From the NCBI GenBank assembly GCA_965214405.1, contig OZ243956.1:1600001-1664000 (forward strand): 64,000 nt of DNA, given 5' to 3'. The notes under the pieces were generated by a model. It had not been told where the DNA came from. It did not search any database and saw only the letters and a program-made list of their open reading frames with translations. This DNA is from Trueperaceae bacterium. GTDB taxonomy: Bacteria > Deinococcota > Deinococci > Deinococcales > Trueperaceae. Both the position numbers and the translations under genes were made by a program. This document shows, piece after piece, positions 27,949 to 36,999 of the stretch. Every line of letters begins with the position of its first letter. The first letter of the stretch is position 1.

Positions 27949-29231
27949 CAATACTTCGGACAGGTATTGAAAAGAAGGAAGCCATCACGCTAGTTTGAAT
28001 GTGTGATGAAACAAACAGATGATGGCTTGCTAGAGATTATAGACGAAGCGCTGATAAAGATGCCAGGGGTAGGCAAATGGCAACGAGATTTTCTAAGACA
28101 GTTGTTCAGTACCGTGCTGTTGGTGTACGGCAAGCTCAACTTCAGCAACTTAGCCAGACATAGCGAACTGGATGAGAAAACGTACCGCAGAGGTTTTAGA
28201 CGAGACTTTGACTTCGAGATGTTCAACCTGCATTGTCTAGGGCAACGTACTACGAGCGGCGAACTGGTGGCAGCACTAGACGCGAGCTACTTAGCTAAAA
28301 GCGGGAAACAGACGTTTGGGCTGGGTAAATTTTACAGTGGCTGTATAGGTAGGGCAGTAAAAGGCTTAGAGATTAGTGAACTGGCTTTGATTGACCGTGA
28401 CAGCCGTCAGGCATTTGCTTTTTCAACGAGGCAGACTGTGGCTAAGGCGGGGAAAAGCCGCGTTGAGCAGTATGCCGAACACGTAGAAGCCTGTGCTGAA
28501 ACCTTGCCTAAAGAGGTCAACTATCTGCTGGTAGACGGCTATTACAGCAAGAAGGGGTTTGTTGACACAGTGTGTGCTCTAGGAAAGCTTGAGGTAGTGG
28601 GCAAACTACGCTGTGACGCCAACCTACGCTATCTCTACCGAGGAGCCTACTGTGGCAAAGGACGCCCTAAACGCTATGATGGCAAGGTTGATTTTGGAGA
28701 CCTGAGCCGGTTTGTTTATGAGAGCGAAACTGAACCGCAGCTTCACATCTATACGCAAACCCTTTGGCATGTTGGTTTGAAACGTCTTCTTCGCGTTGTG
28801 CTACTGCTCGATACCAGCAAAGCCAAACCTCGTTACATCTTGCTCTTTTCGACAGACCTGAGTCTTACCGGCAAGGAGATACTAGACCTTTACAAGTTAC
28901 GCTTCCAAATCGAATTCCTGTTTCGGGATGCTAAACAGTTTACAGGTCTTTGTGACTGCCAAGCCAGAGATGCAAAAGCACTTGCCTTTCATTTCAACAC
29001 CGCTTTATCGGCTGTTAATCTTGCCAAGTTAGACCTTCTAAACCAGCAAGAGGGAGAGCAAGCTTTCGTCTTCTCTTTAAGCAGTTACATCCACCGTTCT
29101 TTCAGTCACCGACTGCTTTCTCGACTTTTTGCAAGCTTAGACTTTGACCTCAGTTGCAATAAAGTTCAGTCCGCTTTTAACCATGCCCTTGCCTTCGGGC
29201 TAGCTTGTCCTTAAATCTGTCCGGAGTATTG
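27949..29231 (+). mobile_element. IS4/IS701-like DDE insertion sequence
   Basis: TIRs CAATACTTCGGACAG / CTGTCCGGAGTATTG; 5-bp duplication GTTAA at 27944-27948 and 29232-29236. Confidence 0.93.
28003..29214 (+). CDS. DDE transposase
   Basis: ALDASYLAKSGK, LVDGYY, YKLRFQIEFLFRDAKQ. Confidence 0.92.
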   Translation: MMKQTDDGLLEIIDEALIKMPGVGKWQRDFLRQLFSTVLLVYGKLNFSNLARHSELDEKTYRRGFRRDFDFEMFNLHCLGQRTTSGELVAALDASYLAKSGKQTFGLGKFYSGCIGRAVKGLEISELALIDRDSRQAFAFSTRQTVAKAGKSRVEQYAEHVEACAETLPKEVNYLLVDGYYSKKGFVDTVCALGKLEVVGKLRCDANLRYLYRGAYCGKGRPKRYDGKVDFGDLSRFVYESETEPQLHIYTQTLWHVGLKRLLRVVLLLDTSKAKPRYILLFSTDLSLTGKEILDLYKLRFQIEFLFRDAKQFTGLCDCQARDAKALAFHFNTALSAVNLAKLDLLNQQEGEQAFVFSLSSYIHRSFSHRLLSRLFASLDFDLSCNKVQSAFNHALAFGLACP

Positions 29232-29291
29232 GTTAATGGCTGTGCCTCATGTTAACCGTTAAACACGAGTCAGAACTTATTAGGAGAACTT

Positions 29292-30242
29292 ATGAAATTC
29301 GGAGCCGCCTCCTGGCCTTTCCAGTGGGACCCGCCTTACGAAAAAGCTATCCGGCGCATCTCGAGCCTCGGTTTCAAAGCTTTAGAGCTTATTGCCTGGG
29401 ACGAAGACTTTTTAGAAAGTTATTACACGCCCGCGAAGGTCAAAGAACTGAGGGAGGTGCTAAAAGGTGAAGGCGTAGAACTCTCCCAGTTCGTTTACAC
29501 GCATTTCGACCTGTCCCACCCTGACAAACCTAAGCGTCACAAAGCCGTTGAGGCGTTTCGTAAAGCTGTAGCGGTAGGCGCTGAACTCGGCAGCCCGCTT
29601 GTCAACAGCGTAGGTGCGTTGCCCTTCGGGATGCGTTATGGACAAGAGTTTCCCTGGTTCACGCAAAAGCCCCTCGTTCAGACGTTCAGCGCGCCCATGC
29701 CTCGGGGTCTTGACTGGGACGAGAATTACCGTCACTACGTTGAAGCTGTTAGGGCGTGCGCCAACGCCTGCGAAGAGGCGGGCGTCGTCTACACCGTCGA
29801 ACCTCACCCTTACGGTTACACCGCCAGCACGTCCGGCTGCCTGCGCCTCATCGAGCAGGTGGGCTCGCCCGCGCTCGGGATAAACTTTGACCCGAGTCAC
29901 ACCTTCCCCGTGGGCGACTTTCCGAACGTATCCGTTTACCAGCTCGGCAGCCGCATCAAGCACATCCACGTGTCCGACAATGACGCCGTGACCAACGTTC
30001 ATTGGCGACCGGGCGAGGGAAAGATCGACTGGAAGGCGATGTTCGGGGCGCTCAAAGAAGTAGGTTACGACGGGGTGGTGTCGATCGAACTCGAGGACGT
30101 ACCCGGCGTGTCACGAGGCGGCGCGGACGCCCCCGGCGTGTACAGAAACGAGACCGCCACCGACGAATTCGTCGCAGAGAACTTGGCGGGCGTTCGTTAC
30201 CTTAGGGGCGTGTGCGAGGAGGTAGGTATTGATGTTATATAG
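29292..30242 (+). CDS. Sugar phosphate isomerase/epimerase (xylose-isomerase-like TIM barrel)
   Basis: VEPHP, NFDPSH, HIHVSD, PGEGKIDW, GYDGVVSIE; AGGAG RBS. Confidence 0.9.
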   Translation: MKFGAASWPFQWDPPYEKAIRRISSLGFKALELIAWDEDFLESYYTPAKVKELREVLKGEGVELSQFVYTHFDLSHPDKPKRHKAVEAFRKAVAVGAELGSPLVNSVGALPFGMRYGQEFPWFTQKPLVQTFSAPMPRGLDWDENYRHYVEAVRACANACEEAGVVYTVEPHPYGYTASTSGCLRLIEQVGSPALGINFDPSHTFPVGDFPNVSVYQLGSRIKHIHVSDNDAVTNVHWRPGEGKIDWKAMFGALKEVGYDGVVSIELEDVPGVSRGGADAPGVYRNETATDEFVAENLAGVRYLRGVCEEVGIDVI

Positions 30243-30269
30243 GCGGGTTTGTTGTAGGACGCCGTCCCG

Positions 30270-31769
30270 TTGAGGTGCGTTGTCGCCGTGGACCTCGGCA
30301 CAAGCGGCGTGCGCGCCGTGGCGTTCACCGAGGAGCTTGAGGTAAAGGCTGAGGCCAGTGGCGTCTACAGTTTTGAGACCCTAGCGGGGGGCGGCGCAGA
30401 ACAAGATGTGGGCGAGGTTATAAACGCCGCGCTTTCGTGTATAGCTAGTGTTACTACCTCGCTCGGTGGTGACGGAGTAGCCGCCTTATCCCTGTGCGGT
30501 ACGGCAAGTTGTCTTGCGGCGTTTGGTCGCTCCGAGGATGGCTATGAGCCGCTCGGTTCAGCCTGGATCTGGGCAGACACGCGCGCCCGCAAAGAGGCGC
30601 TCAGTCTGAAACGCCAGTTCGGGCGCCGCGCCTACAGCCGCACCGGCTGCCCGGCGCACGCCAGCTACTGGCCCGCCAAGCTCAGGTGGGCTCGGGAGCA
30701 CCGGGGCTTGTTTTTGGGGCGCGCTGACTTAATGCTTGCAGGCATTAAGGACTACCTGTATCAACTCCTCACAGGCGTGTGGTCAACGGACGAAGCGACC
30801 GCCGCTGCCACAGGACTTTACAACAGTCAGGACGGGCGCTGGGACGAGGAACTGCTCGAGTGGCTGGGATTGTCTGCTGGGGCGCTCCCGCAAGTGGAGG
30901 GGGCGACCACGCGGCGACCGCTGCTTTCGACCTGGCGAGCGCAGCTAGGGCTCGGCGAAGGCGTCCCGGTCGTGCTGGGCAGCCTCGACGGGGTGCTGGC
31001 CCATTTAGGCTTGGGTTGCGCCGGACCGGCAACGGCGAGCTGCATGATAGGAACGAGCGGGGCGGTCAGGCTGGGCGCGACAGAGAGGACGCTAGACACC
31101 AAGTCCCGCACCTGGAGCTACCCGCTGGCAGACGACTACTGGGTGGTAGGCGGCGCAAACAACAGCGGCGGCAACGTGCTGACGTGGCTTGGTCAGCTCC
31201 TCTCAGGCTTGAACGAAACGTCTGCCGCGTTCACGCCGGAAATTCTCCTTGACCACGCCGCCAAATCCCAAGCGGGCGCGAACGGGCTGCTTTTTCTACC
31301 TTACGTTTACGGGGAACGTAGCCCCCTGTGGCGCGAAGACCTGCAAGGAGCGTGGGTCGGTCTGTCACCCGTACACGCTACGGCTGACATGGCGCGCTCT
31401 GTCGTCGAGGGCATCAGCCTGAACCTCGCGGGACTACTAGAGGTTTTGAGTGACCAGGTCGCGCCCCCCCAAGAGATTCGGGCGACGGGCGGCTTCACCG
31501 CCTCAGAGCTGTGGCTGCAACTTCAGGCTGACGTATTCGGACGTCCAGTCTCGCTCGTTTCTGCCAAACAACCCACCTCGGCGGGCGCGGCGATGGTCGG
31601 CTGGCAGGCCCTGACGGGAGCCGACTACAAGGCGATGTCAGGTAAAGTATCCGTCGTTAAACAGATAACGCCTGATAATGGGTCACACCAGGCTTACCGA
31701 GAGAGTTACACAAATTTTGTTCGGGTTAGGGAGCGCCTCTTCGGGCTTTCATGCACACAGGAGGAATAA
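30270..31769 (+). CDS. gntK: FGGY-family sugar kinase, gluconokinase-like
   Basis: VDLGTSG, WADTR, RTGCP, IGTSGAVR, FLPYVYGERSP, TGGF. Confidence 0.8.
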   Translation: MRCVVAVDLGTSGVRAVAFTEELEVKAEASGVYSFETLAGGGAEQDVGEVINAALSCIASVTTSLGGDGVAALSLCGTASCLAAFGRSEDGYEPLGSAWIWADTRARKEALSLKRQFGRRAYSRTGCPAHASYWPAKLRWAREHRGLFLGRADLMLAGIKDYLYQLLTGVWSTDEATAAATGLYNSQDGRWDEELLEWLGLSAGALPQVEGATTRRPLLSTWRAQLGLGEGVPVVLGSLDGVLAHLGLGCAGPATASCMIGTSGAVRLGATERTLDTKSRTWSYPLADDYWVVGGANNSGGNVLTWLGQLLSGLNETSAAFTPEILLDHAAKSQAGANGLLFLPYVYGERSPLWREDLQGAWVGLSPVHATADMARSVVEGISLNLAGLLEVLSDQVAPPQEIRATGGFTASELWLQLQADVFGRPVSLVSAKQPTSAGAAMVGWQALTGADYKAMSGKVSVVKQITPDNGSHQAYRESYTNFVRVRERLFGLSCTQEE

Positions 31770-31773
31770 GTTT

Positions 31774-32867
31774 ATGGCGACCAACGTTTTTTTTATAGGT
31801 ACATACACCGAGCCCATTTTGTTCGGCACGGGTCAGGTCCTAGAGGGTAAAGGTGAAGGCATCTACGCCTACGCCCTTGACCCAGCAACAGGCACCGCTG
31901 AGCTACTGAACATCACTAAGGGGGTTCGTAACCCGTCCTACTTAGCGTTCGACCCGGCGCGCAAGTTCTGTATGCGGTGAACGAGTTCAAAGAATTTGAG
32001 GGAAGGGCGTCTGGCGGGGTCAGCGCGTTTGCCTTAGGCGAAAGTAGCGGCACGTTGACTTTTCTCAACGCGCAACCCAGCCACGGCACCGATCCTTGCC
32101 ACCTCAGCGTGGATAAAACAGGTAAGTACGTGTTGGTGGCCAACTTTGCGAGCGGCAGCGTGAGCGTTTATCCCGTCCAGCCGGACGGCTCGCTCGGCGA
32201 AGCCAGCGACGTGATCCAGCACCAAGGCTCGAGCGTCGACCCGGTGCGACAAAGTGGACCCCACGCGCACGCCGTCACACTGGACAACCAGGGAAAGTTT
32301 GTTTACGTGCCGGACCTGGGGCTAGATCAGGTGGTTATCTACAAGCTCGATGTTGGGCGCGGCAAGCTCGAGTCGGTGGGGGCGGTACGCACCGAACCAG
32401 GAGCGGGACCGCGCCAGGTGGTCATGCACCCCAGCAAAAACTACGCTTATCTCATTAACGAGCTTAACTCGACCATGACCGCGTACGCCTACGACACGGA
32501 CACCGGCGCGCTGAGCGAGCTACAGACCCTGTCAACCCTGCCCGCAGGGTTCAAAGAGGCGAGCACCTGCGCTGAAGTGCAAATAGCGCCGGACGGCACA
32601 TACCTTTACGGTTCAAATCGGGGTCATAACAGCGTCGCCGTATACGAAATCAACGAGGACGGAACACTCAACCTCCGAGGCCACAAGGGCACGGGCGGGG
32701 AAATCCCTCGCAATTTCGTCGTCAGTCCTGCGGGTGACTACTTACTTGCTGCCAACCAGGACACGCAGAATCTCGTCGTCTTCAAGCTTGATAAGGCGAC
32801 AGGTATGCCCGTGGCAACCGGAGAAACGCTCGACGTACCGACACCTGTATGCGTGAAATTCCTTTGA
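31774..32867 (+). pseudogene. pgl: 6-phosphogluconolactonase (lactonase beta-propeller) with a 1-nt frameshift near 31968
   Basis: FIGTYT..GEGIY..NPSYLA, then AAGTTCTGTATGCGGTGAAC, which needs one extra base to read K-F-L-Y-A-V-N-E. Downstream PHAH, DLGLD, GPR, SNRGHNS, PRNF. Confidence 0.85.
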
Positions 32868-32897
32868 TACGCCTTTGTGGTCTAAGTGGAGCTTCAG

Positions 32898-33773
32898 ATG
32901 CGACAAGCCGTTCTTAAACATCCAGAGCGCAATGAGCTGATTGAGACGGCGGCACCGCCCTTTGGAGAAGATGATGTACTGGTCAGGGTGACAGCGTGCG
33001 GTGTATGCGCTTCGGAACTGACGCGGTGGCAAAACGGAACCGAGGTGCCTGCAAAGCTGGGACACGAGGTAGTAGGTGTTGTTGAGAACGTGGGCGAACG
33101 TGTGGAGAACTTAACGCCTGGTCAGCGGGTTACAGGGCTGTTTGAAGAAGGCTTCGCAGAGTACGTCGCGGCTCCAGCCGAACGTGTAATACCTCTACCT
33201 GACAAAATCGAAACCCCCTTTGCCCTGGGTGAACCCCTCGCCTGTGCAGTGAGTGCGGCGCGCCGAACCCAGGTTGAGCTGGGCGACCGCGTTGTCATTG
33301 TTGGACTGGGCTATATGGGTCTACTGATGATGACGTTGCTGCGCCTAAAAGGCGCAGCGCTTATCGTAGGCGTGGACCTCAGGGAGGACGCGTTAGCGTT
33401 TGCGCGGACGTTCGGAGCCGACGAAACGTTCCACCCCGACGAGCTCCCAACGCAACTGGCGCGTTCCAGCGAAGGATATAGCGCTGACGTCGTGGTTGAG
33501 GCAACAGGTACACAAGCAGGTCTTACACTTGCCGGAAGCATGGTAAGACCGCACGGCGTTTTGTCTATCCTAGGCTATCATCAAGGCAGCGGTAGGCGCG
33601 TAGATATGCAATTGTGGAATTACCGGGCGTTAAGTGTTCTGAACACCCACGAGCGGCGGGAAGATTACCAGATGACTTGTTTCCAAAGGCACATCTCGTC
33701 GCCGATACTAAAATTTGTGACGCGGGTGAGCGTACGGCAAGCGCAGCTTTCGCCGCAGGCGCTGACATCGTGA
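32898..33773 (+). pseudogene. Zinc-type (MDR) sugar-alcohol dehydrogenase, C-terminus replaced
   Basis: CGVCASE, GHE, EPLAC, GLGYMG, EATG. Homology appears to end near 33676, where an HPS-like sequence begins. Confidence 0.8.
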
Positions 33774-33802
33774 CTGTAGTCGCGGCGGTGGCGGACGCCA
33801 CT
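33677..33802 (+). pseudogene. Internal fragment of 3-hexulose-6-phosphate synthase / KGPDC (OMPdecase fold)
   Basis: LFPKAHLVADTKICDAGERTASAAFAAGADIVTVVAAVADAT matches the DxKxxD HPS core. Confidence 0.8.
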
Positions 33803-33960
33803 GGGTCGTTTGGCACGGTTGTCGCCATTCGAAATCCACTTTAGTGAGAACTGAAGGCCTCGAGCAGACATAAAATTTCCTCGAGATGTACAACGGTAAG
33901 GCTATATGCGTGACGGATGACTTACTAGCACATTGGCACACTATAGGCACACAAATAGCA

Positions 33961-33992
33961 AAACGCCGAAGGAATCAACTCCTTCGACGTTT
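33961..33992 (-). terminator. Hairpin downstream of tRNA-fMet
   Basis: AAACG-CCGAAGGA...TCCTTCGA-CGTTT. Confidence 0.65.
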
Positions 33993-34018
33993 CTTTCCGC
34001 CTGTGGCGGACTTTCTTC

Positions 34019-34095
<77 letters not shown>

Positions 34096-34109
34096 GCGAA
34101 GCGTTAAGA

Positions 34110-34139
34110 AGTCTAACGCGGGGGCCGGACTCCTGTCAA
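34110..34139 (-). promoter_or_regulatory. Sigma70-type promoter of tRNA-fMet
   Basis: TTGACA-N18-TAGACT on the minus strand. Confidence 0.7.
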
Positions 34140-34155
34140 GCGCGTACGCGACGTG

Positions 34156-34318
34156 CTTCTCTACATGCGCTTCGAGTACCGCAAAGTCCGCCTGCTCAGG
34201 ATATGCCTCCAGCATCTCGTCCAGGGCTTGGCTATACAGCTCCAACAATTCCGCTTTTAGGGCTTCCTTGGCTTTGTTCATCCCTCAGTTTAGCAGCCAC
34301 CTGCTTTGAGACGCACCC
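34156..34318 (-). mobile_element. Truncated ISKra4-like remnant (left end + orfA start)
   Basis: Ends GAGACGCACCC (cf. CAGGATGCACCC at 11204). MNKAKEALKAELL..ADFAVLE resembles orfA at 11158. Flanked by CGCGACGTGC direct repeats. Confidence 0.65.
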
Positions 34319-34338
34319 CGCGACGTGCGGGTCCGCGT

Positions 34339-34755
34339 TCACGTGTGTCCGCCGCGCAAGAAGCCCTCTAAAAGCCGAAGATGCGCCTCGTCTTTAGGGC
34401 GGTTCAACCTCTTCTTAAACGCGACCACGTCGGTAAGCCGCGCAAACGGTAAACCGTGCGTAAGCTCCGCGCCGTCAACGACGGCGTCCACATCTAAACC
34501 CAACCAGCCGTTGAAAATTTCGGCACCCCGCAGCCTCACCCTCTCGTCGCCACCGGGCGCGCGCTGAGGCGCACCAAGGGTTTTCGCCCGCTCCCAAGCC
34601 GCGCCTCTGGCGAGAATGTCCACATCTCTCACCTGTGTCACGAGGCCGTGCGCGAGAAGAGGGCCGCTACCGAAGACGGCGTAGTCTCGAGAGGGCAGCG
34701 CCAAGCTCTCGACGCGCTCCAGAAAGTCGGGAAGGGTAAAGTTAACCTCCGACAA
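34339..34755 (-). CDS. Hypothetical protein, nucleotidyltransferase-like fold
   Basis: YAVFGSGPL...RDVDIL...K..LNRPKD. Confidence 0.65.
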   Translation of the reverse strand: MSEVNFTLPDFLERVESLALPSRDYAVFGSGPLLAHGLVTQVRDVDILARGAAWERAKTLGAPQRAPGGDERVRLRGAEIFNGWLGLDVDAVVDGAELTHGLPFARLTDVVAFKKRLNRPKDEAHLRLLEGFLRGGHT

Positions 34756-34981
34756 CGACCACCGTCCCCTTGACCGTGACCGTCAACATACTGCCCGAGT
34801 CGCCAAAAGTGATGTCTTTGTAGTCCAAATCCGCGCCAATCACGATGTTTACGCCGAGCTTTTCCACAAGTTTTCTCGCAGCCTCCTCCACCTCGCGCAG
34901 CGCGGTGCTCTTGGCCTCACTAGGCGCTCTCGTAAGCGCTAAAGGGCCTCCGACGGTGTCCAAGGTGGACGTGATAATCAT
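34742..34981 (-). pseudogene. YbjQ/UPF0145-family protein with an internal deletion
   Basis: MIITST start and ALREVEEAARK...IGADLDY...GSMLTVTVKGTVV end, but the central G(A)N..D...GGRS..YE block is missing (79 aa). Confidence 0.6.
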
Positions 34982-35111
34982 AGGTTCCTCCTCACAAAGT
35001 GTAGCGTTTAGCCGCACCGAGGTGACGTGACATGTCCGGGTTTATGTGGATAAACCCTTAAAGACGAACGTGACGTAACCAGGACTCGAGCCCCCTCCTA
35101 CCCCGGCGCGT

Positions 35112-35603
35112 TCAAAGCTTCAGGCTCAGCAATGTGGCGCTGCCGTCAAAAGGCGACACGCGCTCGCGCACCCTCTTTTTGAGTTCGTCCAAGGCGGCAA
35201 GCGCCGCCGCGCGGACGGGCGGCTCCAAAACCCGCGCCTCAAACTCGTCTTCGTCGAGCGTGATGAACGCTCGTTCGGGAGAAACGAAAAGGTCGAGCTC
35301 TAAGTCTTCTGAAACAACCGTCTCGCCCTCGAGCTGCGCTGGCTTGGTGACGTTGCAGTACCAGCCCTTGAGGTCGCCCTCGGCGCTCCGGATTTCGAAA
35401 ATGTTGAACCACTCTTTTAGGTAGTAGTGCTCAAAAAAGTGGTCGCCCGTTTCAAAGGTGACGTAGGGAAGCCTTAGCGGGGGGCACTCCCACCGCGCGT
35501 GAATCAGCAGGTGCCCCGGCTCGCGCAGCAAGACCTCGCCTTCATAAGAGACGACCGCGTTTTTGCCCGGTTTGTGCAACCGGACGTTCACACGTTCCGT
35601 CAC
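35112..35603 (-). CDS. DUF402-domain protein
   Basis: WFNIFEIRSAEGDLKGWYCNV, EDLELDLFV, LDEDEFE. Confidence 0.85.
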   Translation of the reverse strand: MTERVNVRLHKPGKNAVVSYEGEVLLREPGHLLIHARWECPPLRLPYVTFETGDHFFEHYYLKEWFNIFEIRSAEGDLKGWYCNVTKPAQLEGETVVSEDLELDLFVSPERAFITLDEDEFEARVLEPPVRAAALAALDELKKRVRERVSPFDGSATLLSLKL

Positions 35604-36307
35604 GACGTAAAGCGCGCGGGTCCCTGCGAAACGCGGCGCGGCACCTTCTCAAAACTGTTCAAGCGGGCGGCGAAGCGGACGTCCTCGCCGAACCCCAGCG
35701 AGTGCAAAAGAGCGCCGTGACGCGCTTCTAAGAGCCCTGCGGCCAAGTCGGGGGTACTCGAGAGCGCCTTGAGCGCCAGGTTGACGCTGTCGCTTTTCAT
35801 AACGGCGGGCTCGAGCCTCGCCACCTCTCGCGCGATGCAGGCGGCCCCCAGAACGTCGTCTAACGAGCTTTCGCCATCCGTCCCCGCGCAGACGAGGCGA
35901 AGCTCCGCCTGGGCCGCAGAGAGCGCCGCCGCGGCCACTGCGGCGGCGTTGACAAGGCTTCCTAAAAACAAGTGACTTGCACCCGCCGCCGCCTCGACCG
36001 CGCTCGAGCCGTTGCTCGTGCAGAGCACCGCGCGCTGGGCGCTCAAGTCTTGGTTGAGGTACTCCAAAGGCGAGTTGCCCCCGTGAAATCCGGGGAGCTT
36101 GACGCCGCCGCGCTCACCCAACAGGAGCGCGCCCTCGGCGGCGGCGAGCACGCGGGCGTCGTCCACCGCGGCCACCACGGCGAGTTCCGAGAGCCCCTGT
36201 GAGAAGAGCACACAGGCGGTGGTCGTCATGCGCAGCACGTCGATGACGACGACGGTGTCAAGGGGGGTGGAGCTGTGCGTGGGAAGGAACTCGAGCGTGA
36301 GCCGCAT
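35600..36307 (-). CDS. comB: 2-phosphosulfolactate phosphatase family
   Basis: VVIDVLRMTTT, GERGGVKLPGFHGGNSP, TSNGS, CAG, LDD. Confidence 0.88.
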   Translation of the reverse strand: MRLTLEFLPTHSSTPLDTVVVIDVLRMTTTACVLFSQGLSELAVVAAVDDARVLAAAEGALLLGERGGVKLPGFHGGNSPLEYLNQDLSAQRAVLCTSNGSSAVEAAAGASHLFLGSLVNAAAVAAAALSAAQAELRLVCAGTDGESSLDDVLGAACIAREVARLEPAVMKSDSVNLALKALSSTPDLAAGLLEARHGALLHSLGFGEDVRFAARLNSFEKVPRRVSQGPARFTS

Positions 36308-36498
36308 GGTTCATCTTACGGGCGGTGTCGCACCATGCGTGTAGGGTCTCGAATTTCAAACCACAAACGTTACTTTGTGAACGTTATAATGCGTATAGCT
36401 TGACTTACAGCGCGCGGGTCTCATACACTTCCCTAAACCGCGTTCTCGCTTCGTGAGCGCTCGTGAAAACGCCTTTTCGGGAGCTTGAGAAAGGAATC

Positions 36499-36798
36499 AT
36501 GATCAAAAAGCAGCACGTCAAGAGCCGCAACGTTTGCAAAATCACCTTTGAGCTACCCGCCGACCTCGACGGCGACGCCGTTCATCTCCACGCCGACTTT
36601 AACGACTGGGAGCCTGTTCCCTTCGAAAAGAAAAAAGACGGCACCTGGAAGCTCGTCCAGGAAGTCGAGCCCGGACGCGACTACGAGTTTCGTTACCGCG
36701 TCATCCACGGTGACCACGACCACTACTTTAACGACGACGAAGCCGACCGCACCGCCTATAACGCGCACGGCAGCGAGAACGCAGTGATTAGCTGTTAG
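36499..36798 (+). CDS. Isoamylase early-set / CBM48 glycogen-binding small protein
   Basis: CKITFELP, DFNDWE, YEFRY, NDDEAD; AAAGGA RBS. Confidence 0.85.
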   Translation: MIKKQHVKSRNVCKITFELPADLDGDAVHLHADFNDWEPVPFEKKKDGTWKLVQEVEPGRDYEFRYRVIHGDHDHYFNDDEADRTAYNAHGSENAVISC

Positions 36799-36999
36799 AA
36801 AGGCGAGGAGCAGCCACAAAAGTTTCATTCACACAGCCTGACAGCCTCGAGAAGACGCCACGCCTGCAAACTGTAAAACGTCTGTTTTTTACTTTCCTTG
36901 CCCAAAACGGTGTGAGGAGACTTTTAGAGCAACGTCTCGCGCCGTCCGCATTTCTCTATAAAGTTCCTTGCAGACGGCGCGTGAGACCCTGCTCTGAAA

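Noticed and set aside
36934..36987. Long imperfect hairpin as a possible ncRNA
   Set aside because: It lies between convergent genes and is adequately explained as a terminator-like stem; there is no other support.
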